Positions 1 to 11,749 of a stretch of 64,000 bases of DNA are shown one piece after another (the stretch's first letter is position 1; each line of letters starts with the position of its first letter). Made by a program: the position numbers and the translations under genes. Below the pieces are notes generated by a model. The model had not been told where the DNA came from. It saw only the letters and a program-made list of their open reading frames with translations, and ran no database searches. Source of the DNA: Malacoraja senta (Eukaryota); assembly GCA_038087875.1 (NCBI GenBank), contig CM075989.1:18106001-18170000 (forward strand), read 5' to 3'.

Positions 1-314
1 ATTCCCCCACGCCCCTGCCTCAAGTGTAATTGCTGCCAGACCCAAACCTCTGTGGCACATCTGGAGTTAACCAGGCAACACTTGTAAACATAGAAGAATC
101 ATTCATTCCAGATTTGCAACAGATTAGATAATGTTGTCCGCTGGACACGGTTTTATCCTTGCAATAAAACCACAATGGAGTAAACTTTGTCCCAAACATG
201 TTTGCTGTGTGACTGAGTTCATCTTTTATTGCGCACCTTGACACAGCATCACCATGCACCACTGTAACACCAACACGTTAGGGGCAATATTTTGCACATC
301 ATCGTCAACTCTAA

Positions 315-935
315 GTGTGTCGGAAGGAACTGCCGATGCTGGTTTACACTGAACGTGGACACAAAAACGCTGGAGTAATACAGCGTGGGTCAGGCAGCAT
401 CTCTGGAGAAGAGGAATAGGTGAGGTTTTGGGTTGAGGCCCTCCTTCAGACTGAGAGTCAGGGGAGAGGGAAACTAGAGGTAATAAAAGGTACAGAAACA
501 ATTCAGAGCTGGCACCGATGACCAAGGAAAGGTGGAGCCCACGATGGTGCATTGTTGGCTGCGGAAGAGGTGATAACGGAGGGTTACGAACAGTGAAACT
601 AGCAGGATGACTACGGTGGCGGAGGGACGGGGAGAGAGGGAATGCAATAATTATTTGAAATTAGAGAAATTAATATTAATATTAGCTTTGGCAGCTTGTA
701 ACCCAGCTATATGAATACTGATTTCGCTAATTTCAAGTAATTTCTCGAATTAGTCCGCATTTCCCCTGACTCCGTCCCATTGGTTATTGGTGCTGGGTCT
801 ATGCCTTTTCACACCTCTAGTTTCCCCCTCTCCTGACTCTGTCTGAAGTTGGGTCTCGGCCCGAAACGTCACCTATCCATTTTCTCCAGAGGTGCTCCCT
901 GACCTGCTGAGTTGCTCCAGCATTTGTGCCTGGCA
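315..935. mobile_element. Penelope-like element (PLE) 3' end present as an inverted pair
   Basis: 315-680 is the reverse orientation and 685-935 the forward orientation of the same repeat. Both arms contain the GIY-YIG C-terminal coding end (forward: GSL*PSYMNTDFANFK*) and a degenerate hammerhead-like motif (421-449 minus, 843-870 plus). Confidence 0.75.
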
Positions 936-1057
936 TCAATTCTAAAGCTGCCTCTAGCATCCCAGTGAGAAACAAAACATGGAGCAACTGTGTCTGTACT
1001 GCTCGAGCAACAACAATATGCTGGTGGAACTCAGCGGGTCCGGCAGCATCAGTGGAC

Positions 1058-1457
1058 AATAGACAGAGTAGGCCATTTGGCCCTTCGAGCCAGCACTGCC
1101 ATTCAATGTGATCATGGCTGATCATCCACAATCAGTATCCCGTTCCTGCCTTCTTCCATATCCTTGACTACGCCATCTATAAGAGCCCTATCTAGCTCTC
1201 TCTTGAAAAGCATCCAGAGAACCAGCCTCCACCGCCCTCTGAGGAAGAGAATTCCACAGGCTCATCACTCTCTGTGAGAAAAAGTGTTTCCTCATCTCCG
1301 TTCTAAATGGGCTTACCCCTTATTCTTACCCCTGGTTCTGGACTCCCCCAACATCGGGAACATGTTTCCTGCCTGTTGTGTGTTCAAACCCTTAATAATC
1401 TTATACGTTTCGATAAGATCCACTCTCATCCTTCTAAACTCCAGAGGATACAAGCCA
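1058..1457 (-). mobile_element. CR1-type (HER1-like) LINE 3' fragment
   Basis: Reverse complement of the CR1 RT C-terminus and 3' UTR seen forward at 59133-59717. Confidence 0.85.
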
Positions 1458-1789
1458 GCGCTCCATTGGACAGACGATGTTTCGGGTCGGGACCCTTCTT
1501 CGGACTGTACTGATGTGTACTGCTCCTCCTGCTAGTCGTTACTGATTACTCCAGCAGGGAGATGCTCCATTTCCACTGACTGATATCATTGAGCAGTGAC
1601 ATCCCAACTAAAAACCACCACAGTGATGCAGGAAAATTGAGTCCAATTAGTTTAATGTCAACAATAGTGTCTCAAAAAAAATGAGACACAGATGTAGAAT
1701 ATTGTCTCATTTCATTTTTATTACCAAGTTTTGATATCTCTTTACAATTGTTCTCTGTAGAAAATAATCAAGAGTGTTTACTTGTCATA

Positions 1790-2385
1790 CAGAGTCATAG
1801 ATCACGGAAACAGGCCGTTCAGCCCAATCTGCCCATGCTGGTCAAGTTGCCCCAGCCAAACTAGTCCTAATTGCCCGAGTATCGTGCATACCCCTCAAAA
1901 CATTTACTATCCGTATACTTGTCCACTTGTGAGTTGTTCTGGCCTTTTCTCGTCTCGAGTTTCCCTCCCTCCCACCTCTATCTTTCAGTCTGAAAGAAAG
2001 AAAGGTTCCAACCCGAAAAGTCACCTTTTCTTTTTTCCAGAGATGCTGCCTGACCTGCTGAGTTACTTTTGTGTTTATCTTCAGTATAAACCAACATCTG
2101 CAGTTCCTTCCCACACCACCTGTCCAGGTGTCTTCATTTGTTGTTATTGTACCTGCTTCAACCTCCTCCGGCAACTTGTTCCATACATCCAACATTCTCT
2201 GTGAGAAAAATGCCCCTCTCACCTTAAACCTATGCCCCTAGTTCTTGATTCCATTACGCTGGGGAAAAGACTATGGTTCACTCTACCTAATGATTTAATA
2301 CACCTCTATAAGATCACCTCTCAGCCTTCTGCACTCCAAGGAATAAAGTCCTAACCTGCCCAATTTCTCCGGCCCTCGAGTCCTG
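1790..2385 (-). mobile_element. CR1-type LINE 3' fragment interrupted by a PLE repeat (~1930-2118); resumes after 2849
   Basis: Minus ORF FFSQRMLDVWNKLPEEVEAGTITT is a CR1 RT C-terminal motif. Confidence 0.75.
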
Positions 2386-2386
2386 A

Positions 2387-2848
2387 TACTGTTGCCAACT
2401 GTCTCGTATTAGCTGGGACAGGCCGTATATTGGGCTAAAATGGTTTACTGCTCGGGTTGAGGGACAGGTGAGGTCGGGTCGTAGCGCCGCATCCAGCCCC
2501 GCCTCACCTGTCCCGGCGTTTCGCAGCAGCAGCGCCTCGCCCGTGGCCCCGTCGGTCGGCAGCTGTCTGACCTTCGGACCTTCGCTTACCGCCGACACCA
2601 CCACCCCTCCTTCTCACGGCCGATCATCGGTTCATGAGTTGGATGGGGTGCCGGACTTTGCGAGCGACGTCGCGCGCCCAAAACTCCTCAGCTGGCCCGC
2701 CGGCTGGGCTTTGTGTGCAGTCCAGCACCCGGGCCAACTCATCGTTCACCCAGCCACGGCCGAGTCGGTCAACGAATTGCCGTCGGGAATTTGTCCCTTA
2801 TTTTGACCGTTTGTCCCTTATTTGGGAGTGAGAAAGTTGGCAATCCTG
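2387..2848. mobile_element. Non-autonomous DNA transposon, hAT (Blackjack-like)
   Basis: Inverted ends GTTGCCAACT (2391-2400) / AGTTGGCAA (2835-2843), subterminal TGTCCC/GGGACA repeats and a CpG-rich core. It splits the CR1 host (gagtcctg|acaacatc). Confidence 0.6.
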
Positions 2849-3590
2849 ACAACATCTTCATAAATCTTCTCTGCCATCTTTCCACTTTAATGGCATATTT
2901 CCTTTCGCTGGGTGAGCAGAATGTACACAATGTTTAAATGCAGCCTCACGAATGTCTTGTACAACTGTAACATTAACATACCAACTTCTATCGATGCAAA
3001 ATGCTGGAGTAACTCAGCGAGTCGGGCAGTATCTCTAGAGAAAAGGAATAGGTGACGTTTTGGCTCAAGAACCTTCTTCAGATTCCCTTACTGATGAAGA
3101 CCAGTATGCAGCAAAACGCCACCTTGCACCCGCATCTACCTGCAACCCCACTTTTCAATGAACTATGTACTGAAATGAACCTGAACAATGAAATTCTTAC
3201 CAAGATTTACAAGCAGATTAAATGCAACAACAACTGAAAATATATAAATATACAATAAAATATCAGTTATTCTAAGTAAACGACCTTGTCAGTGTAAAAT
3301 ACAAAGTACCTTGTGCAAACGTGGTAGTCAAAGTCCTTTGTGGGTAATGGTTAGGGTTGTACAAGTGTTTCAAGAACTAGATGGTGGATGGCAAGTTTGG
3401 GCTCACTACTGCTTGTGAACTTATCCTTTTTCATTGAACATTCTGCACCCAATCTTGATGATTCATGTACACATCTACTGTAATTGTAAATGCTAATTTG
3501 TTGTCAGTGGGATGATCTAGGTTTAGTGCCAAAAGGTGTCTGGTTTAGACAATTTCAACATGTGCCATTTGATAATTATGTTCTTTGTTA

Positions 3591-3902
3591 GGGAGGCACA
3601 GTGGCAGTGTTGCTGCCTTACAGCGCTTGCAGCGCCAGAGACCCGGGTTCGATCTCGACTACGAGTGCTGGCCTGTACGTTCTCCCCGTGACGCCGTGGG
3701 TTTTCTCTGAGATCTTCGGTTTCCTCCCACACTCGAAAGACGTACAGGTGTGTAGGTTTAATTGGCTTGGGTTTGTATACTTGGTATATGTGTAAAGTTG
3801 TCCTTAGTATGTGCAGGATAGTGTCAATGTGCGGGATCGCTGGACGACGCGGACTCGGTGGGCCGAAGGGCCTGTTTCCACTCTGTATCTCTAAACTAAA
3901 CT
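3591..3902 (+). mobile_element. HE1-type tRNA-derived V-SINE
   Basis: tRNA-like head with B box GGTTCGATC, V-domain core (GTACGTTCTCCCCGTG...GGTTTCCTCCCAC), CR1-like tail GGGCCGAAGGGCCTGTTTCC and (CTAAA)n. Confidence 0.9.
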
Positions 3903-4310
3903 GGAACTACCTAAACACGACACCAAGTGCTGGAGGAACTCAGCTGGTCAGGCATCATCTGTGGAGGGAATGGACAGACAATGTTTTGGGTTGGGACCCC
4001 TCTTCAGGCTGTGTTTTGCACAAGATTCCAACAAGATTCCACTTTCTAGCGTCTCGCTTCTTGAAACCCTGATTTCTATTTCACAGATCCTGCTCTGGTC
4101 TGTGCTTAGTAAAGGCCTTCAGTGACTGCAAAGAAGTTTTCGCTCATCGTGCGGCTGGCAGCAACAATTGAAAAGGAAAAAACAAAAACAAAATTTGGAG
4201 ATCACCTTTCACAAGATCATCCAAGCGTGTAACGGGCTAATCTTCCCCAACTTTGATCAATGTCGAAACCAAATCTGTTCTATTAGCAACATGTTGAAAA
4301 CAGACCATGT

Positions 4311-4350
4311 TACTACTACTAATAATAATAATAACAATAATAATAATAAT
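4311..4350. repeat. (ACT)/(AAT)n microsatellite
   Basis: Direct reading. Confidence 0.9.
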
Positions 4351-4589
4351 GAAAGGGTGCCTCGGGGCTCGCTTCTATCCAGAATTTGAAACGAGAAGAA
4401 AGGGCAATGATCAGTAACACAGCACTCGGAGCTGCTGTGTCTGGCCACCGCTGATAAAGCGCTTGAAAGCCTAGTGATGTTAATTGATGCAAACACTCAG
4501 AGGTAATTACAACAGCTTTCCTTAACCTTCAAAACTTTCAAGGTTATGGTTACTTTATTTCTGAGCGCTTCTTGTCATCAGTTTATCCT

Positions 4590-4663
4590 GCGCACGCATA
4601 CGCATACGCACGCACATACACACGCGCACACACACACGTGCGCGCGCACACACACACGCGCAC

Positions 4664-4706
<43 letters not shown>
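4590..4706. repeat. Compound (CA)/(CG)n microsatellite
   Basis: About 115 bp of alternating purine-pyrimidine sequence. Confidence 0.95.
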
Positions 4707-5134
4707 GCAACATCCAACTGGGAACTAATTGCATTGCTTCCTCAGTCACGTGGACCCCAAGTAGACACTGCTTATCGAATCAAATTACCTGCGTAATATC
4801 AAATATATATGTATTGTGGATAAGTGGGTTTGGAGATGGCTCTTAACATTTTTTGAGACTGTCCCGTAAGGGTGATCATTTCTACAATGTGCTGTGATTA
4901 CAATGAGTTGTAGAGAATAATGAGCAAAAACCAATGCATCTCCAGCCTAACAAACCTGGCTAATTGGCGCTCTGGCTGCCACTCTCATTGCCACTTCTTC
5001 CATGTGTAGTACTATTTAATTTTGTAAACTTGAAGTTTGATTATGAAGTTGGAATTAAAATGCAAGCAAGTCACGATGAATATTCAAACCGTCAGGGCTG
5101 CCTCAACTCATTGGTTTCACTCATCAGCTTTTTG

Positions 5135-5386
5135 GTTTAGATTAGAGATACAGCGTGGAAACAGGCCCTTTGGCCCACGCCGACCATGGATCTATCCTAC
5201 ACAGTTTGCAGAAGCCAAGTAACTTTCAATTCTGTACGTCTTTGGAATGCAGGACGAAACTGGAGCACCTGGAGAAATCCGGTCACGGGGAGAACGTGCA
5301 AACTCTGTACAGACAGCGCCATTGTCAGGATCGAACCTGGGTCTCTGGCGCTGTCAGGCAGCAACTCTACCGCAGCGCCACCGTGC
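5135..5386 (-). mobile_element. HE1-type V-SINE
   Basis: Reverse complement of the SINE consensus. Confidence 0.85.
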
Positions 5387-5874
5387 TCAAGCGTGCCATT
5401 CCACCAAAACCTATAACAGCCAGATTAAGCAGAGTGTGGTGTCCATTCACAGCAAGCTGTTAGATTGGTGAAAGATGTACAAATTCACCTCAAGACTAAC
5501 ATTTCACCCGTCTGTTTAGATTCGGATCACACTGAATGTTCCAAGTTTACACTCGAGTGGCTTGACCATGGCACCATTTGGCTTTACATTGTCAAGGAAT
5601 TCCATTTGCTTTTGCACTAGCATGGGGTAAAATGCTGATCCAAAACTAATCAACAAACTTACCCGCTTATTGTCCCTGATCAATAACTCCGGCTCAGTTT
5701 TAGGGTGTGATACACAACATAAAAAGTGGAGCAGGGAAATAAATAAAGCCAGCTGAACCAGCTCGGGTAGATTGAAGCCAAAAGCTCTTTGGACGGGTTA
5801 AATGTCCTTAGCTTACCCTGCTGAATAACTGTATCAATCTCCCACAACGATGAGATGTGTTGTTGTTCAACTTA

Positions 5875-6175
5875 ACTTAGTTTAGAGATACAGCGCGGAA
5901 TTCGGCCCACCAGGTCCGTTTCGACCAGCGATCCCCGCACACTAACACTATCCCACACACACATGAGGGACAATTTACAATTAAACCAAGCCAATTAACC
6001 TACAAACCTGTACGTCTTAGGAGTGTGGGAGGAAACTGGACCACCCCGAGAAAACCCACGCGGTCATGGGGAGAACATACCAACTTCGTACAGACAAGCA
6101 CCCGTAGTCAGGATCGAACCCGGGTCTCTGGCGCTCTAAGGCAGCAACTCTACCGCTGCGCCACTGTGCCGCCCC
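5875..6175 (-). mobile_element. HE1-type V-SINE (full length)
   Basis: Reverse complement of the SINE consensus, A and B boxes present. Confidence 0.9.
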
Positions 6176-7180
6176 ACAATATTTCTGTTCCATCTGGAAA
6201 TAGCAGACTTGATGGGTCAAATTCGGATCCAACGTCTTATATAAATATAAAATGTGATAACGTATAAACAAAGTGAACATTAACATTTTAAACAGAACTG
6301 GCCTGAAAATCCTAATTTAGGAAGATTTCAGTTGCAATAACTTTTTAGACCATCTTATTACCTGTTGCAACAGTGTAGCCCAGAAGGAAAACCAAATAAA
6401 CCTGTTTGAGAACATTTAGTGTTGAATAATGATATTCAGAAGTACCTCAGTATGTGATTAAAAGCCAGGGCCACTGTGCCTTCTGCTCTGCGACTTGAAG
6501 TTTTGCTGCACTAACATTTTAATGATTTTGTTTCCAGGCTATACTCTCAACAAGTGAGGTCCTGAATAGAATTTTAAGCTTTGAAGATTAATGTGATTGA
6601 GGTTTCGCTGTGTCTGGATGGATAATGTCTGAAAATGCAGCCTTTGCACTGAATGCACGCACATAAGGGAGTTGCCTTCAGAAAGGGTTTACAGACAAGC
6701 TTGGCACATAATCCTTTTACCCAGTATGTACTTGTTCAAAACCACCACAGAACGACAGAGCTCAATCCTAACCTGGAACTAAAGTTTATAGAATCACAGC
6801 CAGAACATGAAATGAGGATCTTTTTCAAAACAGCAATTATCGTAAAATCCTGCATTCTTAAGGCTGGAGAACAATTTAAGTGACTTAATCAATCAATCTA
6901 TCTTGACATCTCAGGGCTCACTGTGTTTCAGATTAGGTGGGCACGCTTTAACAAATCGCATTAGTAGGGTGCATTCACCATGCTGATTTACTGAAATATT
7001 TTGTGCACCGTTCAGCAGCAATGTTACCAGTTAGTTGCAGGGAACTGCAGCCCAGTCAACTGATTCAGTCAAATTCCATTCAAGACCAAAGGCACAATGT
7101 ATCCCACGGGTGCTTTGATGATTTGGATTTCTGACTATTGTCTGTATCTTATTATTTATTTGTTTCACACACGCGCAAAT

Positions 7181-7481
7181 GGGCAGCACGGCGGCGCAGC
7201 GGTAAAGTTGCCGCCTTACAGCCCCAGAGACCCGGGTTCGACCCTGACTATGGGCGCTGTCTGCACGGAGTTTTCACGTTCTCCCCGTGACCTGCGAGGG
7301 TTTTTCTCCGGGAGCTCCGATTTCCTCCTGCGCTCCAAAAACATACAGGCCTGTCGGCTAATTGGCGGTGAAATTGTAGATTGTCCCTGGTGTGTGTCGG
7401 TCGGATAGTGTTAGTGTGTGGGGATCGCTGGTCGGTGGGGACTCGGTGGGCTTGTTTCTGCACTGCCTTTCTAAACTAAAC
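7181..7481 (+). mobile_element. HE1-type V-SINE (full length)
   Basis: GGGCAGCACGGCGGCGCAGCGG head, GGTTCGACC B box, CTAAA tail. Confidence 0.9.
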
Positions 7482-7504
7482 ACAGAATTGATTGATATGG
7501 AATC

Positions 7505-8262
7505 AGAATAATACTGCATGGAAAACAGGCTCTTCAACCCAAATCGTCCATGCAGACCAAGATGCCCCATCTAAGTTACTCATTTCCTTACCGTTGGCCC
7601 ATATATCCCTTTAAACCTTTCCTATTCACGTTCCGAACCAATTGTCTTTTAGATGCTGTTGTCTTAACGGCCTCAACGACCTCCCTGGCAACTCGTTCCA
7701 TACCTAACCCTATGTTTTTGCCTTTTAATTACTCAGCCCAGTGACTGGAGTAATGAATCACCGGGCTACATCGGGGTTCTTTACTTTTCTTTAATCACAG
7801 TAGCAGGTAACTCAACGTGCAATCTCGGGGACTATCGGTGCAACGCAAAATAAGTCCCTAATACAACTATCGCTGGTGGGAACCAAATTCAGCGTGGGGC
7901 GAGTCTGACTCACAAAGATCTTATACAATAACGCAGTTCGTTATCTAACAGTAACTATAGCAATAATACCGTACAATAAACAACAAAAATACAATGCAAT
8001 AAACGCAGATTTCACATTTTCACATAGACCGGCCACTCTCTGAGTGAAAACAATTACCACTCAAGTTCCTGGTAAATCTTTCTGCTCTCACCTTAAGCCG
8101 ATGTCCTTTGGTTTTTGATTCCCCTACTGTGGGTAAAATTCCGTGTATTTCCCCCTATTTTTTTAAAACCGTATTACCCCTCAGCCTCCTGTGCTTCGAG
8201 GAATAAAGCCCTAGCCTGCCCAACCTCTCCCTATAGCTCAGGACCCTCGGGTCCCAGCAACA
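7505..8262 (-). mobile_element. CR1-type LINE 3' fragment containing an unrelated ~312-bp insert (7713-8024)
   Basis: Both flanks match other minus-strand CR1 3' ends in the window (e.g. 39215-39580). Confidence 0.65.
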
Positions 8263-8514
8263 TAAGAAATGTGTATGAAAAATAGATTTATCTAGAGGGC
8301 CAGTGGCTAGCACTTGAAACTGACGGCAGCAACCTAGTGTGGATGGTACTGGGCGTGGAACTCAAATACCATGACCAGGACAGATTGCAAACAACCCTCT
8401 GATATCTGGTACCATGCATCCTCAAATTCCTTCAGGGAAGGGAAGGGTATCTGGTTTTAGCAGCGGCTCATTGCATAATCTAAACCTACACTGGGATAAG
8501 CAGTGAAAATGTGT

Positions 8515-8732
8515 GCGCACACAGACAAAAACACATACACAGACACACACACACACACACACACAGACATACACACAGACACACACACACTCATACACAG
8601 ACACACACTCACCACAGACACACAGACACACAGACACATATACATACACATACACACACAAACAAAGACACACACACACAACCACACATACAGAGAGACA
8701 CACACATACACACCACAGACACACAGAGACAC
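8515..8732. repeat. Degenerate (CA)/(CAGA)n microsatellite
   Basis: Direct reading. Confidence 0.9.
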
Positions 8733-9108
8733 TTCTGGCTGGCCAAACAGGGTGCATCGGTGCCCCTCCCAGTGGTTTACAGGAGGACATGACATATTTT
8801 GTCAATGTCCAATCCTGCTGTTAATTATTAACGAAAAAGATTTAGAGCTTTAAAAGTCCAAATCCAGTTGTTTTTTTCAGATCGTGCAAACAAAAGATTG
8901 TTTTCTCAGATCCATCGGACTGAAAACATGCTGACCAAGATTCCTGCATCTCCTTCCTCTGTTCTTCACTGACGATTCTGAGACTTTGCTTGTAAACGTC
9001 GAACCCTTTCCCGGATTTGTGTTCAGTTCCCCTGTCCCTCCACTGCCCGGCTTCCCGACACCAGCTTCTCGACTCCGCGGCAACATCCCGCCAATTGCAC
9101 CCCATATA

Positions 9109-9318
9109 TAGACATAAAGAACTGGAGTAACTCAGCGGGACAGGCAGCATCTCTGGAGAGGAATGGGTGACGTTTCAGGTCGAGACCCTCTGCAGACTGG
9201 TATCGACCCGAAACGTCACCTATTCCTTCTCTCCAGAGATGCTGCCTGTCCCGCTAAGTTACTCCAGCTTTTTGTGTCTATCTTCAGTTTAAACCAGCAT
9301 CTGCAGTTCCTTCCTACC
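9109..9318. mobile_element. PLE-derived mini-element, near-palindromic
   Basis: 9109-9198 is the reverse and 9203-9318 the forward orientation of the same repeat; the arms meet at the hammerhead-like motif. Confidence 0.8.
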
Positions 9319-9519
9319 CCATTCCGCCCCATTCTCCCCTTCTCCCCCACACTGCTCCACTCCCTTTCCATAATCCACTGCCCAAACCACAACTCATGCA
9401 CACAGTCCAGCACTGCGGAGGAGTGGAACCTGCTTTTGCATTTATTTGCACTGCTTTTGAGATGCAAGATTAATTTTTTTTATAGAGTCAATGCTTTCAT
9501 AATGTTCAAAAGTTAAACG

Positions 9520-9660
9520 AGAAATTCCTGATTCTTGATTCGTACAGGTGTCAGGGGTGATGGGAGAAGGCAGGAGAATGGGGTTGAGAGGGAAAGATAG
9601 ATCAGCCACGACTGAATGGCGGAGTAGACTCGATGGGTCGAATGGCCTAAGTCTGCTCCT
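9520..9660 (+). mobile_element. CR1-type 3' end fragment
   Basis: GGAGAAGGCAGGAGAATGGGG...GATCAGCCA...GAATGGC motif shared with many copies. Confidence 0.8.
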
Positions 9661-10810
9661 AGAACGTACGAACATGAATTCATTAAATAAAATTGGCGGA
9701 TTATTCAATTACAGCAGGAAATCAATAACTTTATTGAAAATAAAAGCATCTCACATCTATTTAACCTCAGTCACCTCTGTGTCAGCATTTGACCAAAGCA
9801 AACAGATGCCAGGTTCAGGTGGAGAGTGTTTGGTGAGAAGATGGGGGTGCAGGTGTGCGTGTTCAGCTTGCTCAACACAAGCCAAGGCCACCAGACAAAG
9901 GCACTTCACGATTTGGATGTTAACTTTAGTTACTCGAGCCGGACAATACGACTAGTGGCGTGGAAGAAATAAATAGCTGGAGCCAGCTGTGCTGTTCATA
10001 GTCGGATGATCTTTGTGTGGCTGGGAATCATCATGGAACCTGTTTGTGCCTGAGGACAGGATGATGAATGAATTGGGCACACTATCCCATTGCACAGAAT
10101 GCTGCTGCAAGTTCACTTTAAGTCTATTAAAATGCTAATTTCTCTTGGTTAACAAAAAAGTCCAGAAATTACGTTGGAAAATAAACGCTGAGGGCATGCT
10201 GTGTCACTTTTCAGAAAACACTTTTTGTTGCTGCGTTTCCAAACTTTTTTGAGTTTATGCACAAAATGCGACCCGTTTGCCGACCGAAGTTTAATCGTTC
10301 CAGCGAAAACCGAAGTCTGCAGGCCAACATGTTTCGCTGGAATTAGAAACTCTCTGATCCATTCATGCTGAACCACAGAGTATTGAGCAGAGTACACACG
10401 GTCTCAGGAGGGGGTGGTGACGGGTCAACTGTACAAAAATAATGGTTGACTTAAATTAAACCTCCATTAAATAGGAGGTTGAATTTTCACAACTATCTAG
10501 GTGGAGTCTGCACATTAAAAGCTGTTAAATCTCAGTGCACGGGAAACGATGAGATATTTTAGGTTTCCCAACAAAACTCAGGCAACTGATAGTCCGGTAC
10601 CTCCCTTAATCCGGACCAAAATTACGGGAGCGCACTTAAAATTCCCTGGGCAACCACAGATGGCGTTGCGTGTGCCGCGCTCTTTCCAGACGTGTCCCTC
10701 TGCCCTGAAAGAGTTATTTGGTTCTATCGGCAGTTGTTGCCGATGATCCCTCTGGCTCAGCGGTCGAGTTGCTGCCTTTACAGCGCCACAGCCCTGGGTT
10801 CGATCCTGTT

Positions 10811-10957
10811 AGAGAGTCATAGGGCTGTAGAGGATGGAAAAGGGCCCTTCGGCCCATCTTGTCCGTGCTGTCCAAGTTGCCATATTGGGCTAGTCCCATA
10901 TCCTCCTACATCCTTCCTACCGATATATCTGTCCAAACATATTTTACATTTAAAAAA
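10811..10957 (-). mobile_element. CR1-type 3' end fused to the downstream SINE
   Basis: Reverse complement of 55268-55417. Confidence 0.8.
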
Positions 10958-10958
10958 T

Positions 10959-11227
10959 GGTGGCCCAGTGGTAGAGTGGGGTTCGATCCTGACTACGGGT
11001 GCTGTCGGCACGGAGTTTGTACGTTCTCCAAGTGACCACGTGGGTTTTCCCCGGGTGCTCTGGTTTTCTCCCACATTCCAAAGACGTTCAGGTTAATTGT
11101 CTTCAGTAAAGATGTAAATTGTCCTTAGTGTGCGGGATAGTGCTAGTGTCTGGGGATTGCTGGTCGGCACAGACCTGGTGGGCTAAAGGGCCTGTTTCTG
11201 CGCTGTATCTCCAAACTAAACTAAACT
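10959..11227 (+). mobile_element. HE1-type V-SINE with internally deleted head
   Basis: Head GGTGGCCCAGTGGTAGAGTGGGGTTCGATCCTGAC, then V-domain and tail. Confidence 0.9.
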
Positions 11228-11277
11228 CAGTTTTGTGCAATTCTTAGCTTATGTTGCTTTCATTTTTATTAATTTTT

Positions 11278-11430
11278 TTAGTTTAGAGATACAGTGCAAA
11301 AACAGGCCCTTCGGCCCACCGAGTCCGCACCGACCAGCGATCCCTGCACATTAACGCTATCCTACACACACTAGGGAACATTTACACTTATACCAAGCCA
11401 ATTAACCTACAAACCTGTACATCTTTAGAG
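11278..11430 (-). mobile_element. HE1-type V-SINE 3' half
   Basis: Reverse complement of the SINE tail. Confidence 0.85.
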
Positions 11431-11749
11431 TACGTTTTAACACTCAGCAAGGTCCCAGTGAAAGTCATTTAATTTCCTTCGCTCCATAGATGCTGCTGCA
11501 CCCGCTGAGTTTCTCCAGCATTTTTGTGTACCCAGTGAAAGTCATGTGTCCAGCATAAGCACATTTAATATTTGTTTTATGTACGTTTCTAGCAGTCCAG
11601 GGTGCTTTAGAGATACACAAGGGGGGGTATAATTAGTGGGTCCGAGGTGTGTTGTATCAATATTATGTAATCTAAAATGATGCAGCAAAATTGATAATTC
11701 AGCAAGGTTCTGGAACCAAGGGTGCTGGAAAATGAAAAGGCTCTGTCTT

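Larger units (their letters stand above)
10575..11745. mobile_element. Old non-autonomous DNA transposon (TcMar/Tigger-like), copy A, split by nested SINE/CR1/PLE insertions
   Basis: Blocks 10580-10680, 11229-11260 and 11560-11730 are collinear with 47077-47175, 47702-47732 and 47919-48100. Confidence 0.6.

Noticed and set aside
7181..7260. tRNA genes at SINE heads
   Set aside because: A and B boxes are present, but they run into the V-domain and LINE-derived tail; there is no complete cloverleaf.
8422..8853. Cys/Val- and His/Thr-rich ORFs (also 4546-4796 and 41664-42032)
   Set aside because: Translations of (CA)n microsatellites.
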